From a virus: DNA of 60,505 nucleotides. The notes under the pieces are model-generated. The model did not search any database and was not told the origin of the DNA. It was given only the letters and a program-made list of their open reading frames with translations. The stretch lies in the IMG/VR virus record IMGVR_UViG_3300002026_000030. One strand, 5' to 3'. Position 1 is the stretch's first letter, and each line of letters begins with the position of its first letter. A program made the position numbers and the translations under genes. Shown here one piece after another: positions 18,335 to 28,437 of the stretch.

Positions 18335-21298
18335 CTAACCAATCGCTGTCTTTGCGTCAACGATTGTCTCTGCACTCACTGACTGGATCTGCCCGAGCAA
18401 ACCTGCGCGGAACGTTACGAGCGGTGCGCGCATCGCTTGCACTTGGCCTGCCATGAACGTCCTGCGACCAACAAACTGGACGATACCTCCAGCCTGCATG
18501 TCGGCCTTCATCCACTCTTGAATCGCCTTGAAGTTGCCGTTCTGTTTGGTGACGAACTCACGCAGCGGGTCGAGGGGGATGTTCACCGTGCTCCGTACGA
18601 ACTTCCCGTTGACGGTTTGTCCGCGGATCTCGCCGAGGTACCTGCGCGTGCCGGTGGTCAGTAGGTCGTTACCCGACATACCGCCGATAACCGCGAAGTC
18701 ACCAAGGTTCTCGGTGATGTACGAGACGATGAAGTCTTCCGGCGAGCGGCGGACTTCCTCGAACTCTTGCGCCTGCCGCTTCCACTGCTCCATGACGGCG
18801 TGCTTGATCGCTTCGATGTCGAACGGCAGGCCCATGGCCTTACCGATGACGGCACCGAGTTCGATCAGCGCGGCACACGCAGAGCGGAAACGGTCACCCG
18901 TGCCCGTGGCGGCGTGCTGGTCCCACCATGCGATGCGCGTGTTGACCGCTTTGGTCCAGTACGCCACATCGCGCGATAGGTACATCTGCACCAGCTTGCC
19001 GCCCATGTGACCGAAGTGGTCACGGAGTTCCATCAGCTTGAGCTTCGCTTCCGACATCGCCGCCGGGGACATCGACAGGGGAGACAGGCGAAGCTCGAAC
19101 ACGCGGGCCGCTTCGGCCGTCGCATCGGAGCGGTAATTCAACAGCTTCTCGTGGATCGAGTTGTTCGCCGTCGTGATCATCGCCAGTCGCCACCGGTTCG
19201 ACCCCGCGTTCAACTGAGCGCTGGAGTTGAGACGGTGCTTCTCGCGGCCCTGAGTGACGGTGTACACGTAGTCGGAGAGCGACTTGCCGTCGATGTTCGT
19301 GAACTCATCGACCACCATGGGGAGATTGCCGATGGTGCTGGCCAGCTTCCACGTGGCGTTGGCGGTGTCGCGGTAGTCCTTTCGCAGCTTGTCGGGGTTG
19401 CCCCACACGGCGAGCGCCGCGTTGCACAGGGTGGACTTGCCGACGCCGGACTCTGGCGACCACGCGTTGAGGATGACGCCGTCGACGCCGGTGAACTCCA
19501 TCAGCGGGGTGGCGATCGACAGGGCGACAACCGCCTGCCGCTCTGCTGATCCCGCCATGGCCAGTGCGATGGCCGCCATACTGATCGACTCGTCGCCCTG
19601 CTCGTGGTACCCCTGCATTTCCGCAGCGGCAGCGCTGTCGTGCATCGCGTGGATGTGCTCGACGCCCTTGGCGGTGTACAGCCGAGTGCCGAGCACGAAC
19701 CCACTGTGGTCGTCGGTCCAGCCGCACTTCGCGGCGATGGTGTTGGCGGCACGGAGCCGCTGTAACTGTGTAAGGAACTCCGGCATAAATTTGTCCTGCA
19801 GCTGCTTGGCTTGCACCGAATTGAGTGACAGGCCAGACCCCGCCATGGTCTGGGCAAACGCCTTGCCGTCGTGCAGCGTGGCGTTGGTGAGCGCTACCCG
19901 CCGCAACGCGTCGGTGAACGCGTCGAACGTGAGGTTCACGATCATCTGCCGACCGTTGGCCTCCAGTAGCCGCTCAACCTCGACGATCTTGTAGGGGATG
20001 ATCGGCACCCAGAGGTCTTGCTTCTTGACGTTGCCCTCGGCGTCGGTCACATCGGTCAGGACCAACTGGTGGGGGATACCGCCCCGGATCGACAGGCGGG
20101 CCGTGAGCAGCCCGTCGATGACCCGGATACCCGACGTCGGGCCTAGCATGAAGACGCCGTGCTGTTGGTAGACTGGCTGCGCCGGTGCCGCCCCTGCGGG
20201 GACTGGTTGGGGGACTAGGGTCGGGGGCGGCGCCGGTGTTGGTTGGACCGCTAGATTGGCCGCCGACACCCGCGTCAGGCTCACCGGTGACTTGATGGCC
20301 GCCCGCATCGGGCAAGTCGCACACGCCGTCATCCCCAGCCCCGCCATCTTCGCGCACGTCGGGGGGTGGTAATCCTGCGACTCGACCTGCGCCCACTTCT
20401 GCTCCAGCACGCCGGGGCTATAGGACGGATGCCCTGCCGAGATGGCGTGCGCCACCCGCATTTTAACTTCGCGGGAATCGTCAGCCTTGTTGACGAGGTC
20501 CAGTGCCGCTTTCCACAGGGGCTCGCTAGTACCCGCGCCACCGGTCTGGAGCATCGCCTTCATGCCGGGGCAACCGATCAGGACGTCGCGCAGCACGTAC
20601 TGGGGATACCGCCCCGCGGAAAGCTCGTCGTTCACTCCCACGCGCGCCGGACCACCGGCACCGAACACTGGTCCGGCGTAAGGTAGGCGGGGGGACAGCG
20701 TGGCGACGTCGTACGCCGGTCCGATGTGCAGGATCTGCACGGGACGGGGCGTGCCGGTCTTGAGGTTCGGCGTGCCCGGAAGCCGGAGGATACGCGCCGC
20801 GTCCATGGTGACGACGGGGTCGGCAGCGAAGTGGAGCCGCTCGCACGCTTGCTTGAGGCCCCCCGCGAGAGGCAGCCACCGATCCTGCGGGAGGTCTTCG
20901 GTGAACGGCCAGTACACGTGGAGGCCACCGCCCGAGTCAACGATCGTGGGCTCGGGTAACCCCGCGGCCTGCATGAACGCGACGAGCGCCTGCCAGCCGT
21001 CCCGCTTGGTCGGGTAGGGCTTGCCGGGGCCACAGTCAACGTCGAGGCGGAGGCAGCGGTGGAACAGGGCGCAGGCGGCAGTGCGGCGGGGTTCGCCGTC
21101 CGCCCCCGGCACGTAGCCGGCGACGCCGAAATAGGCGTTGGCGCCTTTCTGGACACCCCACTGGGAAAAGCCCAGAAGGTTGTGGGTATCGCCTGCGTTG
21201 AAGAACTTATGAACTGGCTTCCCATCGGGCATGAACAGGGCAGCGGCCCAGTAGCCAACGGAGGGGAGCACCAACGAGAGGAACTGCGGTGTATTCAT
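18335..21298 (-). CDS. bifunctional DNA primase-polymerase (AEP) / SF3 (D5-like) replicative helicase
   Basis: AEP motifs LRLDVD, SGGGLHVYW, ILRLPGTPN in N-terminal third; Walker A SPESGVGKST and Walker B MVVDEF in C-terminal half; ATG 21298 preferred over track start 21337. Confidence 0.85.
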   Translation of the reverse strand: MNTPQFLSLVLPSVGYWAAALFMPDGKPVHKFFNAGDTHNLLGFSQWGVQKGANAYFGVAGYVPGADGEPRRTAACALFHRCLRLDVDCGPGKPYPTKRDGWQALVAFMQAAGLPEPTIVDSGGGLHVYWPFTEDLPQDRWLPLAGGLKQACERLHFAADPVVTMDAARILRLPGTPNLKTGTPRPVQILHIGPAYDVATLSPRLPYAGPVFGAGGPARVGVNDELSAGRYPQYVLRDVLIGCPGMKAMLQTGGAGTSEPLWKAALDLVNKADDSREVKMRVAHAISAGHPSYSPGVLEQKWAQVESQDYHPPTCAKMAGLGMTACATCPMRAAIKSPVSLTRVSAANLAVQPTPAPPPTLVPQPVPAGAAPAQPVYQQHGVFMLGPTSGIRVIDGLLTARLSIRGGIPHQLVLTDVTDAEGNVKKQDLWVPIIPYKIVEVERLLEANGRQMIVNLTFDAFTDALRRVALTNATLHDGKAFAQTMAGSGLSLNSVQAKQLQDKFMPEFLTQLQRLRAANTIAAKCGWTDDHSGFVLGTRLYTAKGVEHIHAMHDSAAAAEMQGYHEQGDESISMAAIALAMAGSAERQAVVALSIATPLMEFTGVDGVILNAWSPESGVGKSTLCNAALAVWGNPDKLRKDYRDTANATWKLASTIGNLPMVVDEFTNIDGKSLSDYVYTVTQGREKHRLNSSAQLNAGSNRWRLAMITTANNSIHEKLLNYRSDATAEAARVFELRLSPLSMSPAAMSEAKLKLMELRDHFGHMGGKLVQMYLSRDVAYWTKAVNTRIAWWDQHAATGTGDRFRSACAALIELGAVIGKAMGLPFDIEAIKHAVMEQWKRQAQEFEEVRRSPEDFIVSYITENLGDFAVIGGMSGNDLLTTGTRRYLGEIRGQTVNGKFVRSTVNIPLDPLREFVTKQNGNFKAIQEWMKADMQAGGIVQFVGRRTFMAGQVQAMRAPLVTFRAGLLGQIQSVSAETIVDAKTAIG

Positions 21299-21364
21299 GG
21301 AGACCCCTGCTGAGACGCTTAGGGGGTGCGGTTGCACCCCCGCCCGTGTTGCCCTCTACGGGGC

Positions 21365-22549
21365 TTACTGCGGAAGCGTACCCAGCAGGTTATCGACCTG
21401 CGACAGGAACCCCGGGTCCAGTGGGATCGCGCCGACAGGTTGTGCAGCCGGGGCAGGCGCCGCGTACGCAGCGGCCGGGATCACGGCGACTTGCGGGATC
21501 GGCGGCGGTGCAGGTGGAGCCGGAGGGGCCGGGGGTGCTACGGGAACCGGCGGGGCCAAGCGCTCGCGCAACTGGGCTTCGGTCAGGACTTCCTGCCCCT
21601 TGTAGAAATAGCCCGACGCGTCCGGGTGGGCCGTCCAGTCCGGCGGCGGGAACGCAGGCGGGGCCGGAGGAGCGGCAGGTGCAGGCGGGGCCACCGGAGC
21701 CGGGGGAGTCGGCAGGATGGGGGCCGGGGCCTGCATGGGCACGTGCTGCTGGACTGGAGCCGGGGCGGGCTCGGGGACGAACGCGAGTGCGGGCAGGGCG
21801 GCCGGAGCGGTGGTCGAGGAGCCGGTGATGATGGTGGCCACACGGTCCGAGTTCCGCATGGTCAGCACGTCTGCGGCTTCGCTGTCGTTCAGCATGCGCA
21901 CCGCTTGGGCCTGCAGCTTCGGGTATGCCGCCGAGGGGTCGAACTGGATGCGGGTCACGACCGCGAAGAACGGCACGCCCGCTTGGTTCAGCGCCTTGGA
22001 GTAGTCGGCGATGGGGCCGAGCGACGCCGCTGGGACGCGCATCAGCATCGCGCCGCCATACGGCTCGTTGACGAGGTCGTGTGCCGGGACGACGATCAGC
22101 TTGCGGCTATCACTGCAGGCTTTCATCTTCTGGCCGGCGGGGCCGATCTTCGAGCCAAACACGTTCATCGGGCAGATGGCGCACTGGCCGCACACGGGCG
22201 TGGGGGCGGCGGGGCGGATGCCGTCTTCGGACCAGCAGTCCGGCGAGGCGTCGGAGCCATCAACGTAGCCATCCTTGTAGTAAGTCTTCGTCAGGTTCGC
22301 CGAGGCGGCGACGATGACCACATCAAAGAACGGAGCGGCGAAGGTTGCGCCGTTGGCGTTGACCATGAGCGGGTGATCCGTACCACCGTGCTTGATGGTG
22401 AAGGTCTTGCCCTTGATCGAGACAACGGCAAACGACGCGCCGATGCCCTGTTGCATTTCATCGCTGACACCGTACTGGCGGATCGCTGCGGGGAGTGCTG
22501 CTGCGGACAGGTTGAAGCCCGGAACAAATGGGGAAATAGCCGTGGACAT
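21365..22549 (-). CDS. putative ssDNA-binding / replication accessory protein with Cys cluster and Pro-rich C-terminal region
   Basis: 394 aa; CWSEDG..CGQCAICP..KAC cluster; about 140 aa of PAPP-type repeats ending DPGFLSQVDNLLGTLPQ; lies between primase-helicase and SNF2 genes. Confidence 0.35.
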   Translation of the reverse strand: MSTAISPFVPGFNLSAAALPAAIRQYGVSDEMQQGIGASFAVVSIKGKTFTIKHGGTDHPLMVNANGATFAAPFFDVVIVAASANLTKTYYKDGYVDGSDASPDCWSEDGIRPAAPTPVCGQCAICPMNVFGSKIGPAGQKMKACSDSRKLIVVPAHDLVNEPYGGAMLMRVPAASLGPIADYSKALNQAGVPFFAVVTRIQFDPSAAYPKLQAQAVRMLNDSEAADVLTMRNSDRVATIITGSSTTAPAALPALAFVPEPAPAPVQQHVPMQAPAPILPTPPAPVAPPAPAAPPAPPAFPPPDWTAHPDASGYFYKGQEVLTEAQLRERLAPPVPVAPPAPPAPPAPPPIPQVAVIPAAAYAAPAPAAQPVGAIPLDPGFLSQVDNLLGTLPQ

Positions 22550-22569
22550 GAGTGACTCCGAGAGGTGAG

Positions 22570-22959
22570 TTATTTACGGAACTGCGCAGCGATGTCGGCA
22601 GTGGTGCCGAGACCGGGAGGGAGAGCATTACCTGCCTCGACGTACTCGTCAATCGCGCTTTTGGCGGGGCGAGCTTCGAGGAAGTCGGTGCGACCATTCA
22701 CTTCACACCACGAGCGGAACGCCTCGCGGTCTTCGATCTTGTAGTTGCGCCGAGTGACGAGGTACACGGTACCCGTTTCGGTCGCCATTGACGTCATCTG
22801 GTTGCCCTGCAGGTGCTGCATTGCCATGATCTCAAGCTGGTCCATGGCGTCGATGATGGGGCGAAGCTCGTCTTTGTGTTTCTGTTCCAGCGCTTTCTTG
22901 CGGTCGCGCAACTTGATGAACGTTTCGGTGAGTTGGGCGGCGGTCCAATTCGTACTCAT
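22570..22959 (-). CDS. hypothetical protein (Gam/Gp157-like architecture: N-terminal coiled coil plus small globular domain)
   Basis: 129-aa ORF, start overlaps SNF2 stop; assignment from overall pattern only. Confidence 0.35.
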   Translation of the reverse strand: MSTNWTAAQLTETFIKLRDRKKALEQKHKDELRPIIDAMDQLEIMAMQHLQGNQMTSMATETGTVYLVTRRNYKIEDREAFRSWCEVNGRTDFLEARPAKSAIDEYVEAGNALPPGLGTTADIAAQFRK

Positions 22960-24521
22960 GGGTCAATTCCTAAATGATCTTGTCCGGCAAAAAGTTCAAG
23001 CAGCAGGCCCTGCCGTTCGGACCTGCGCTCGTACCGCTTGTAGATCGCGGCTTCGACGCGTGACGACACCAGCATGAGGATAAGCTGGCTGTGCTTCTGG
23101 CCCGGGCGGGTGATCCGTGCGTTCGCTTGCTCGAAAGTCTCAAGCGAGTTGGGCGGACCGAACCACACCACGGTACTTGCTTCCGTCAGCGTCAGCCCAT
23201 GCGACATGCAGTCCGGGTGAGCGATGATGACGTGGGGGTCGGGCGAGTGACGAAACGCGGTGAACACTTGCTCGCGACGGTTGGGGCTAACATCCCCAGA
23301 CACTATAGCATGTGACCACCTCTTAGCAACATGTTCCTGTAACAGTGATAGTGACGCCTTGAACGGGGTAAATACAATGACCTTGCTCGCCGACTGCTCG
23401 ATGGCTTCGTCCAGCGCAGCGAGCCGATGCGCACAGTCAACAAACGACGCATTGTGCTGGGTGTCGTACGCGAAGCCCGTGCAGATCTGCACCAGCTTGT
23501 TGATACGGTCCGCCTCGTTCACCGCCTTGATCGTGCCGCAGGCAATCTCCGCTGCGCACTCCGCGGATAACTGCCTGTACAACTTCGCCTGCTGATGCGT
23601 CATCTCCACCTCGCGGCGGATGTACTGCGCCGGGGGCAAGTCGAAGCAATCGGAGCGAGCGAACCGGACGGACGGCTGCATGAACTTGTACACCGTCTCC
23701 ACGTGGTCCACCTTGGGCAACCACTTGAACGCGGTGAGCTTGCTCATGACCGTGTCGCGGAAGTCCGTGAAGCTACGACCGGCACGGGTGGGGTCAACGA
23801 GCTTGACTTGCCCGTAGACGTCCGTGGGGTCTTTCGCCATGGGCGAACCCGTCATGCCCACCACGCGGGACATCCTGCGTGCGAGCTTGTTGGTCACCTT
23901 CCACATGTCTGACTTAGTGTTCTTGTACTCGGTTAGTTCATCGAGCGCGAGCATGTCGATGTCTTTGCGCGCGAGGAGGTCGTCGAGAATAATCTTCACG
24001 CCATCGTGGTTAATGATGTAGATGTCCGCGGGGATAGCGAGTTGCTCCCTGCGCCACGCTGGTGACTTACTGCCTTTGTGCAGCACGACGGAAGTCAGGT
24101 GCGGGAAGTGCAGCAGTTCCGCCTGCCACGTTTGGCGCAGTGTGGACAGCGGTGCCGTCACCACCATGCGGTTGACGATCCCATGGCGCTTCAAGAAGTC
24201 GAACGCGTACAACAGTGCGCGCGTCTTGCCGGTGCCCATGCCGTTCAGTACGAAGCAGCGGGGGTGTTGCGTGATGTGCGCCGCGGTGATGCGCTGCGCG
24301 TCGAACGGTGTTGGCCCCGGCCACTGATACTGCGACAGGATCGGCGGCGGAACTTTGATGCCGAGGTTGTGCAGCACCTTCGTTTCATCCAGCGAGTGCG
24401 GGATGATGACGTACTCCTTCCCGTCCGTATGCGTCATGGTCTTCGCATGCGGCAGGAGCGTCGCCAGCCTGCCATCTTTCGGCAGGATGACGTGTTCCCG
24501 GTGAATGACGAAGTCGCTCAC
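22956..24521 (-). CDS. SNF2-family DEAD/DEAH-box helicase
   Basis: motif I LNGMGTGKT, motif II LALDELTEY, motif VI-like QANARITRPGQ; GTG start overlaps VRR-NUC stop (GTGA). Confidence 0.85.
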   Translation of the reverse strand: MSDFVIHREHVILPKDGRLATLLPHAKTMTHTDGKEYVIIPHSLDETKVLHNLGIKVPPPILSQYQWPGPTPFDAQRITAAHITQHPRCFVLNGMGTGKTRALLYAFDFLKRHGIVNRMVVTAPLSTLRQTWQAELLHFPHLTSVVLHKGSKSPAWRREQLAIPADIYIINHDGVKIILDDLLARKDIDMLALDELTEYKNTKSDMWKVTNKLARRMSRVVGMTGSPMAKDPTDVYGQVKLVDPTRAGRSFTDFRDTVMSKLTAFKWLPKVDHVETVYKFMQPSVRFARSDCFDLPPAQYIRREVEMTHQQAKLYRQLSAECAAEIACGTIKAVNEADRINKLVQICTGFAYDTQHNASFVDCAHRLAALDEAIEQSASKVIVFTPFKASLSLLQEHVAKRWSHAIVSGDVSPNRREQVFTAFRHSPDPHVIIAHPDCMSHGLTLTEASTVVWFGPPNSLETFEQANARITRPGQKHSQLILMLVSSRVEAAIYKRYERRSERQGLLLELFAGQDHLGIDP

Positions 24522-24877
24522 TCGAAGTTACTCCAGTCGAAGTACACCGACGACAGGGGGAAGTGCAGTCGCGAGATGAGGAAGTTCTCAAGCAACTGGA
24601 GCGAGCTTTCCGCCGCCAGCACCATGGCCACTGCGCCCGCCTCGCGGTACTCGCGGAGATCCGCTAGCTGGCGTGCGGTTAGCTTGCCCTTACCGTCAAA
24701 GCGCTTGACCTCGAACGCGACAGCGATGCCGCTGATCACGCCGGTGCAGTCCACCGTGGCGCTGCCGTAGGACGCACCTGCGTTCCACGTCAGTTTCATC
24801 TTGACGCCTTGCGCCTCGTACCGCTTGAGCAGCGCTTGGATCTGATGCTTGGCTTTTGTCTCTGGGGTAGCGGCCAT
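24518..24877 (-). CDS. VRR-NUC domain nuclease
   Basis: 119 aa; TVDCTGV..GIAVAFEVKRFDGKGKLTARQ fits the D..(E/D)xK..Q core of VRR-NUC; typical partner of phage SNF2 helicases. Confidence 0.65.
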   Translation of the reverse strand: MAATPETKAKHQIQALLKRYEAQGVKMKLTWNAGASYGSATVDCTGVISGIAVAFEVKRFDGKGKLTARQLADLREYREAGAVAMVLAAESSLQLLENFLISRLHFPLSSVYFDWSNFE

Positions 24878-24880
24878 GGG

Positions 24881-25552
24881 TTACGCCTTCGGGTTCTTGT
24901 TGTGGGGGCACTTCTTCACTGGGCACCAGCCGCACAACGGGTTGGGGGTTGCGGGCCACTCGTTCTTTTTCACGGCGGCCTCTAGCTTCTTGACCTTCTC
25001 CAGCCAGCCGCCCCACATGCGCGCGATGTTGGCGCGATAGAACGTGTGCGGCAGGACTTGGTTGTGTCGCAAGAACGCGTACAGAAACGTCACTGAGGTG
25101 ACTTTCTCGTGGTACTGGAAAATCGACAGCGCCGTGAGTTCACCTTGCTGCTCGTCATCGCGGGGCTTGCCGAACTTCCAATCCACCGACAGCGCGTGGT
25201 GACCATTGACCTTGACGTAATCCGCACGGTTGCGGAACCACGCGTTGTTCCAGTCGTTGGTCTTACACGGCACGAAGTCTTTGCGCAGCGTTAGATCCGT
25301 CTCGACGTACTGCTCCCCGGGCAGGGCCTTGAACTTGTCGAGCAGCGGCTGGAACGGCACGTTGATTTCGGACAGCGGCTTACCCATCTTGAAGTAAGCC
25401 TCGAACTCTTTGTGCTGCAGGTCACCGTCCTTCGCCTCATCCCCTTGCACATACGGGATGCTCTTAGCGATGTTGAGTTCCCAGAACTTGCGAGGGCAGT
25501 TCTCGAAGGCGCTGATGCGCGAGTACGACCACGCGATCTCAGGCTTGCTCAT
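24881..25552 (-). CDS. PD-(D/E)xK exonuclease, Cas4/RecB-like with four-Cys cluster
   Basis: N-terminal Cys (FENCPRKF), ADYVKV and SVDWKFGK nuclease motifs, C-terminal CGWCPVKKC. Confidence 0.7.
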   Translation of the reverse strand: MSKPEIAWSYSRISAFENCPRKFWELNIAKSIPYVQGDEAKDGDLQHKEFEAYFKMGKPLSEINVPFQPLLDKFKALPGEQYVETDLTLRKDFVPCKTNDWNNAWFRNRADYVKVNGHHALSVDWKFGKPRDDEQQGELTALSIFQYHEKVTSVTFLYAFLRHNQVLPHTFYRANIARMWGGWLEKVKKLEAAVKKNEWPATPNPLCGWCPVKKCPHNKNPKA

Positions 25553-27429
25553 TTACATTCTCCGTATGTCTCACCGCACTCCACCTCCGCCGCGAGCGGC
25601 ATGCCCGCGAAGAAACTGCGGAGTTGGGGGTTCTTGGGTTGGGTCAGTGCTTCCATGACGATGGCCTTCGCCTCATCGTGGGGCACGTCGTTGTGCCACA
25701 GCGTCACCACTTCATCGTGCACGGTGAACACGGGGCGGCACCACTGGGCGTGCGTGATCCACAGGTGCTCGATGGCGTCGCACATCGGCAGGCGTGACGC
25801 GGCCTGCGTGATGTTCTCCACCAGCTTCGGACCGTAGATCCGCGTGGTGATGGTCGCGCGCCCCTTGCGCTTGTCGTAGACCCACTCAGGGCGATTATTC
25901 AGCGCCGCTTCGGGGGTCGCACGACGGAGGTTCGGGTAGTACAAGAACTGGCCGTTCGGCAGCATGATGCGCCCGCCGATGATGGGGTACGGACCGAGTG
26001 AACCGGTCTCTCCCATCGCCAGCCGCACGATGGCTTCCTGCGCGGAATCCCACATCTTCTTGATGAGCGGATACTTGTCACGATACGCGTAGACCACCTT
26101 CTTCGCGAAGTCGATGGACTCATCAGGCAACACGATCTTGTCACGGCGTGCCGCCACTTTGAGCATCGTCTGGAACTTCGGAGGTCCGCAGCCGTAGCCG
26201 CAGCCGAGCACCGCGGTCTTACCGACGAAGCGCTCGACGGGGTGTGACTTCTTCTGCACGGTGAACCCGTAGATGTCCGTCGCCATGGCGGAGTACGTGT
26301 CGCCCCCGGGCTTAGTCAATTCGTCGAGGATCTCTTGCTGCCCCGCCTGCCACGCGTTAGCGCGGAGTTCGATCTGCGACAAGTCGCCGACCACCATGAA
26401 GTAACCCTTGGGTGCGCGGATCGACGAGCGGATACTTCCTTTCTTCGGGAAGTTCTGCATGTTGATCTTGTCCGTGCCGCCCCACCGCTTCGTCGTCATC
26501 GCCCCGGCGTAAGCCAACGGCACGGGCAACTTCCCACGCTCACCGATGCCGATGAGGCGCGTGAACCGTGACTCGTTGATGCTGGTCTTGTTGCCTAGAC
26601 GCGCCTCGATCAGTGCGACCACATTCGGGTCATCGTGTTCGAGGAGATCCATGAACTCGACGTCTTGCTTCGAGAAAGCCCACGCTTCCTCGCCAGTGGC
26701 GGGGCTGATCTTGACCGGGGGTGCGACGCCCCGGAGGATCAGCGCCTCGGCGAACGCCGCGTCGGAGCGCAGCGCGGCTTGCGTCATACCGACCGACTGA
26801 CGCGCTAGCTCCAGTGACGCCTGCAACTGACTCAGACCTCCACGCAACATGGGCAGGTCAAGCTCCAGCACGGGGTTGGCGAACTGCTCCACCGTCCACG
26901 CGATCATGTTGCGCTCAGTCGGTGGCACCGTCGGCCACAGCAGCTTCCACGCCTTGAACGTCAACTCGGTGTCGTTGCAGCAGTAGCGACCGTACGCGTC
27001 CAACTCCGTCGGGGTAAAGTTCTCCAGTCGCTTCCCGTCGGCGTGCACCACCTCGTTACCCTTGACGCCTAGCCCCAGCCGCTCAGCGATGGACGCCAGC
27101 GACATGCTGGAGTCCAGACCGAACAGCGAGCGCGCCGCCTTGAGCGTGCAGAACCAACGCGCCGGCTTATGGCCGAAGCGCCAACTCAGCACCGCCGCGT
27201 CGAACAGTGCGTTGTGCGCAACAGCGATCGTCTTGCTCCAGTCAATCGACATCAGCACCGCGGCCGCACCAGCACCGGAGTACCAGTTGGTCGGGCCATC
27301 GTCGATCTTGATGGACACACCGATGGTCTGGAACCGTGGGTCCCGGACGTATTCCTCAGTGGTCATCTTCGATAGCGAGAACGTCTTGCTGCAGTAGTAC
27401 GTTTCAAAGTCCAGTGTGACGAGAGGCAT
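25549..27429 (-). CDS. family A DNA polymerase with 3'-5' exonuclease domain
   Basis: Exo I VTLDFETYY; motif A DLSQIELR; motif B RFVGKTAVLGCGYG; motif C TVHDEV; ATG 27429 (AAGGTGGG upstream, 1 nt after upstream TGA) preferred over GTG 27438. Confidence 0.9.
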   Translation of the reverse strand: MPLVTLDFETYYCSKTFSLSKMTTEEYVRDPRFQTIGVSIKIDDGPTNWYSGAGAAAVLMSIDWSKTIAVAHNALFDAAVLSWRFGHKPARWFCTLKAARSLFGLDSSMSLASIAERLGLGVKGNEVVHADGKRLENFTPTELDAYGRYCCNDTELTFKAWKLLWPTVPPTERNMIAWTVEQFANPVLELDLPMLRGGLSQLQASLELARQSVGMTQAALRSDAAFAEALILRGVAPPVKISPATGEEAWAFSKQDVEFMDLLEHDDPNVVALIEARLGNKTSINESRFTRLIGIGERGKLPVPLAYAGAMTTKRWGGTDKINMQNFPKKGSIRSSIRAPKGYFMVVGDLSQIELRANAWQAGQQEILDELTKPGGDTYSAMATDIYGFTVQKKSHPVERFVGKTAVLGCGYGCGPPKFQTMLKVAARRDKIVLPDESIDFAKKVVYAYRDKYPLIKKMWDSAQEAIVRLAMGETGSLGPYPIIGGRIMLPNGQFLYYPNLRRATPEAALNNRPEWVYDKRKGRATITTRIYGPKLVENITQAASRLPMCDAIEHLWITHAQWCRPVFTVHDEVVTLWHNDVPHDEAKAIVMEALTQPKNPQLRSFFAGMPLAAEVECGETYGECK

Positions 27430-27430
27430 A

Positions 27431-27661
27431 TCACCCACCTTTCTTGCGGTTCGCGCGGCGGCTTAGAACCTGCAGGTTTTCCTTGCTGTTGTTTTTGGGG
27501 TTTCCGTCTTTGTGATCGACTTCCTTCCCGTCCCCTTTCTTCACCGTCCCCTTCTTTTCGAGGTGGTACCGAGCGCGCTTGCGAGCGTTGTTGTTCTCGC
27601 GTTGCTCCGGCGTACCGTGGTAGGTGTCGTACTCTTTGCGGTAGTCCCGCTTCCGCGTCAT
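27431..27661 (-). CDS. small basic protein with minimal HNH-like motif
   Basis: 76 aa; VDHKDGNPKNNSKENLQVLSRRANR resembles the HNH_3 core DH.DGN..NN...NL....N; GGAGAG upstream of ATG; visibly A/T-richer codons (aaa/aag runs). Confidence 0.5.
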   Translation of the reverse strand: MTRKRDYRKEYDTYHGTPEQRENNNARKRARYHLEKKGTVKKGDGKEVDHKDGNPKNNSKENLQVLSRRANRKKGG

Positions 27662-27690
27662 GGCGGTGCTCTCCGTGGTGGCGTGGGCTT

Positions 27691-27705
27691 TTAACTCGTG
27701 ATTAA
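27691..27705. promoter_or_regulatory. TTAA-N7-TTAA palindromic box (CtrA-box format)
   Basis: TTAACTCGTGATTAA; abuts stop of 27706..28122, 29 nt upstream of ATG 27661. Confidence 0.5.
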
Positions 27706-28122
27706 TTACTTGACACGATAGTGGTACAGCCCGCCCTCGCGGATCTCGATGGCCAGTTTACGCTTCGCCACCATGTTCTGGAGGTGCCGACGGATGGTGC
27801 TGTCGGACAAGCCCGTCGCTGCGATGAGTTGCTTCGCGGTGTGCCACTTCTTCTGGCAGAGTTCGGCGATCATGAACGCGCCACGGCCACGCCCGCTGAC
27901 GAACGCGGGGGTGTTCGCTGCACCGCGTGCGGTGTAGGTCATGCGGCCTTCGCGGATCGCGCCGCGGCGCACTACGTCCTTACGGAGCCAGCGGCCCACC
28001 AGCACGCGAGCGTAGTCGGGGTCAACGCCGGTCATCTCCACGATCTCGTTGATCGACAGGCTGCGGGAGCGCATGGCGTCGTACGTCATTTTGGCGAGGC
28101 TGCGAAAGTCATTCTTTTTCAT
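27706..28122 (-). CDS. winged-helix DNA-binding protein (tandem wHTH, MarR/ArsR-like)
   Basis: 138 aa; SINEIVEMTGVDPDYARVLV.. and HTAKQLIAATGLSDSTIRRHLQNMVAKRKL.. helix-turn-helix segments; AGGGA upstream. Confidence 0.55.
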   Translation of the reverse strand: MKKNDFRSLAKMTYDAMRSRSLSINEIVEMTGVDPDYARVLVGRWLRKDVVRRGAIREGRMTYTARGAANTPAFVSGRGRGAFMIAELCQKKWHTAKQLIAATGLSDSTIRRHLQNMVAKRKLAIEIREGGLYHYRVK

Positions 28123-28161
28123 GGTAGTTCCCTAATGAGTGTTTGGGGGTGCAACGTTGTA

Positions 28162-28437
28162 TCACGATTGGATCATGGTGGCAAGGGAAGACTGGGGGTC
28201 TTCCTCGGCTTCCTCGGCGGGTTCATCGTACGGCCACGGCCTGCAGAAGTACCGCAGTTCGCCGTCGTGGAAACGCTCGTACTTGTTGCACTGGGCGACG
28301 ATGTGGTTGTGCGCGACGTTACGGCCGACCACCAGCGAGATCCAAATGGCGACAACTAAGATGATGGCGAACTTGATCAGCGTCGGAAACGTCGGCGGTT
28401 CGGGGTCAGTCCGAATGTGTGGAGGCATCATGAGCAT
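28162..28437 (-). CDS. small membrane protein
   Basis: ORF 28162..28491; internal ATG 28437/28431/28428 preferred; TM segment LIKFAIILVVAIWISLVV, acidic C-terminus. Confidence 0.4.
   Translation of the reverse strand: MLMMPPHIRTDPEPPTFPTLIKFAIILVVAIWISLVVGRNVAHNHIVAQCNKYERFHDGELRYFCRPWPYDEPAEEAEEDPQSSLATMIQS

Noticed and set aside
21400-21800. Pro/Ala-rich (PAPP) stretches shared by 21365..22549, 35874..36920 and 53846..54145 as a dispersed DNA repeat
   Set aside because: The similarity is compositional (GC-rich Pro/Ala codons). The nucleotide strings are not the same when compared by eye, so these are most simply independent low-complexity linkers.
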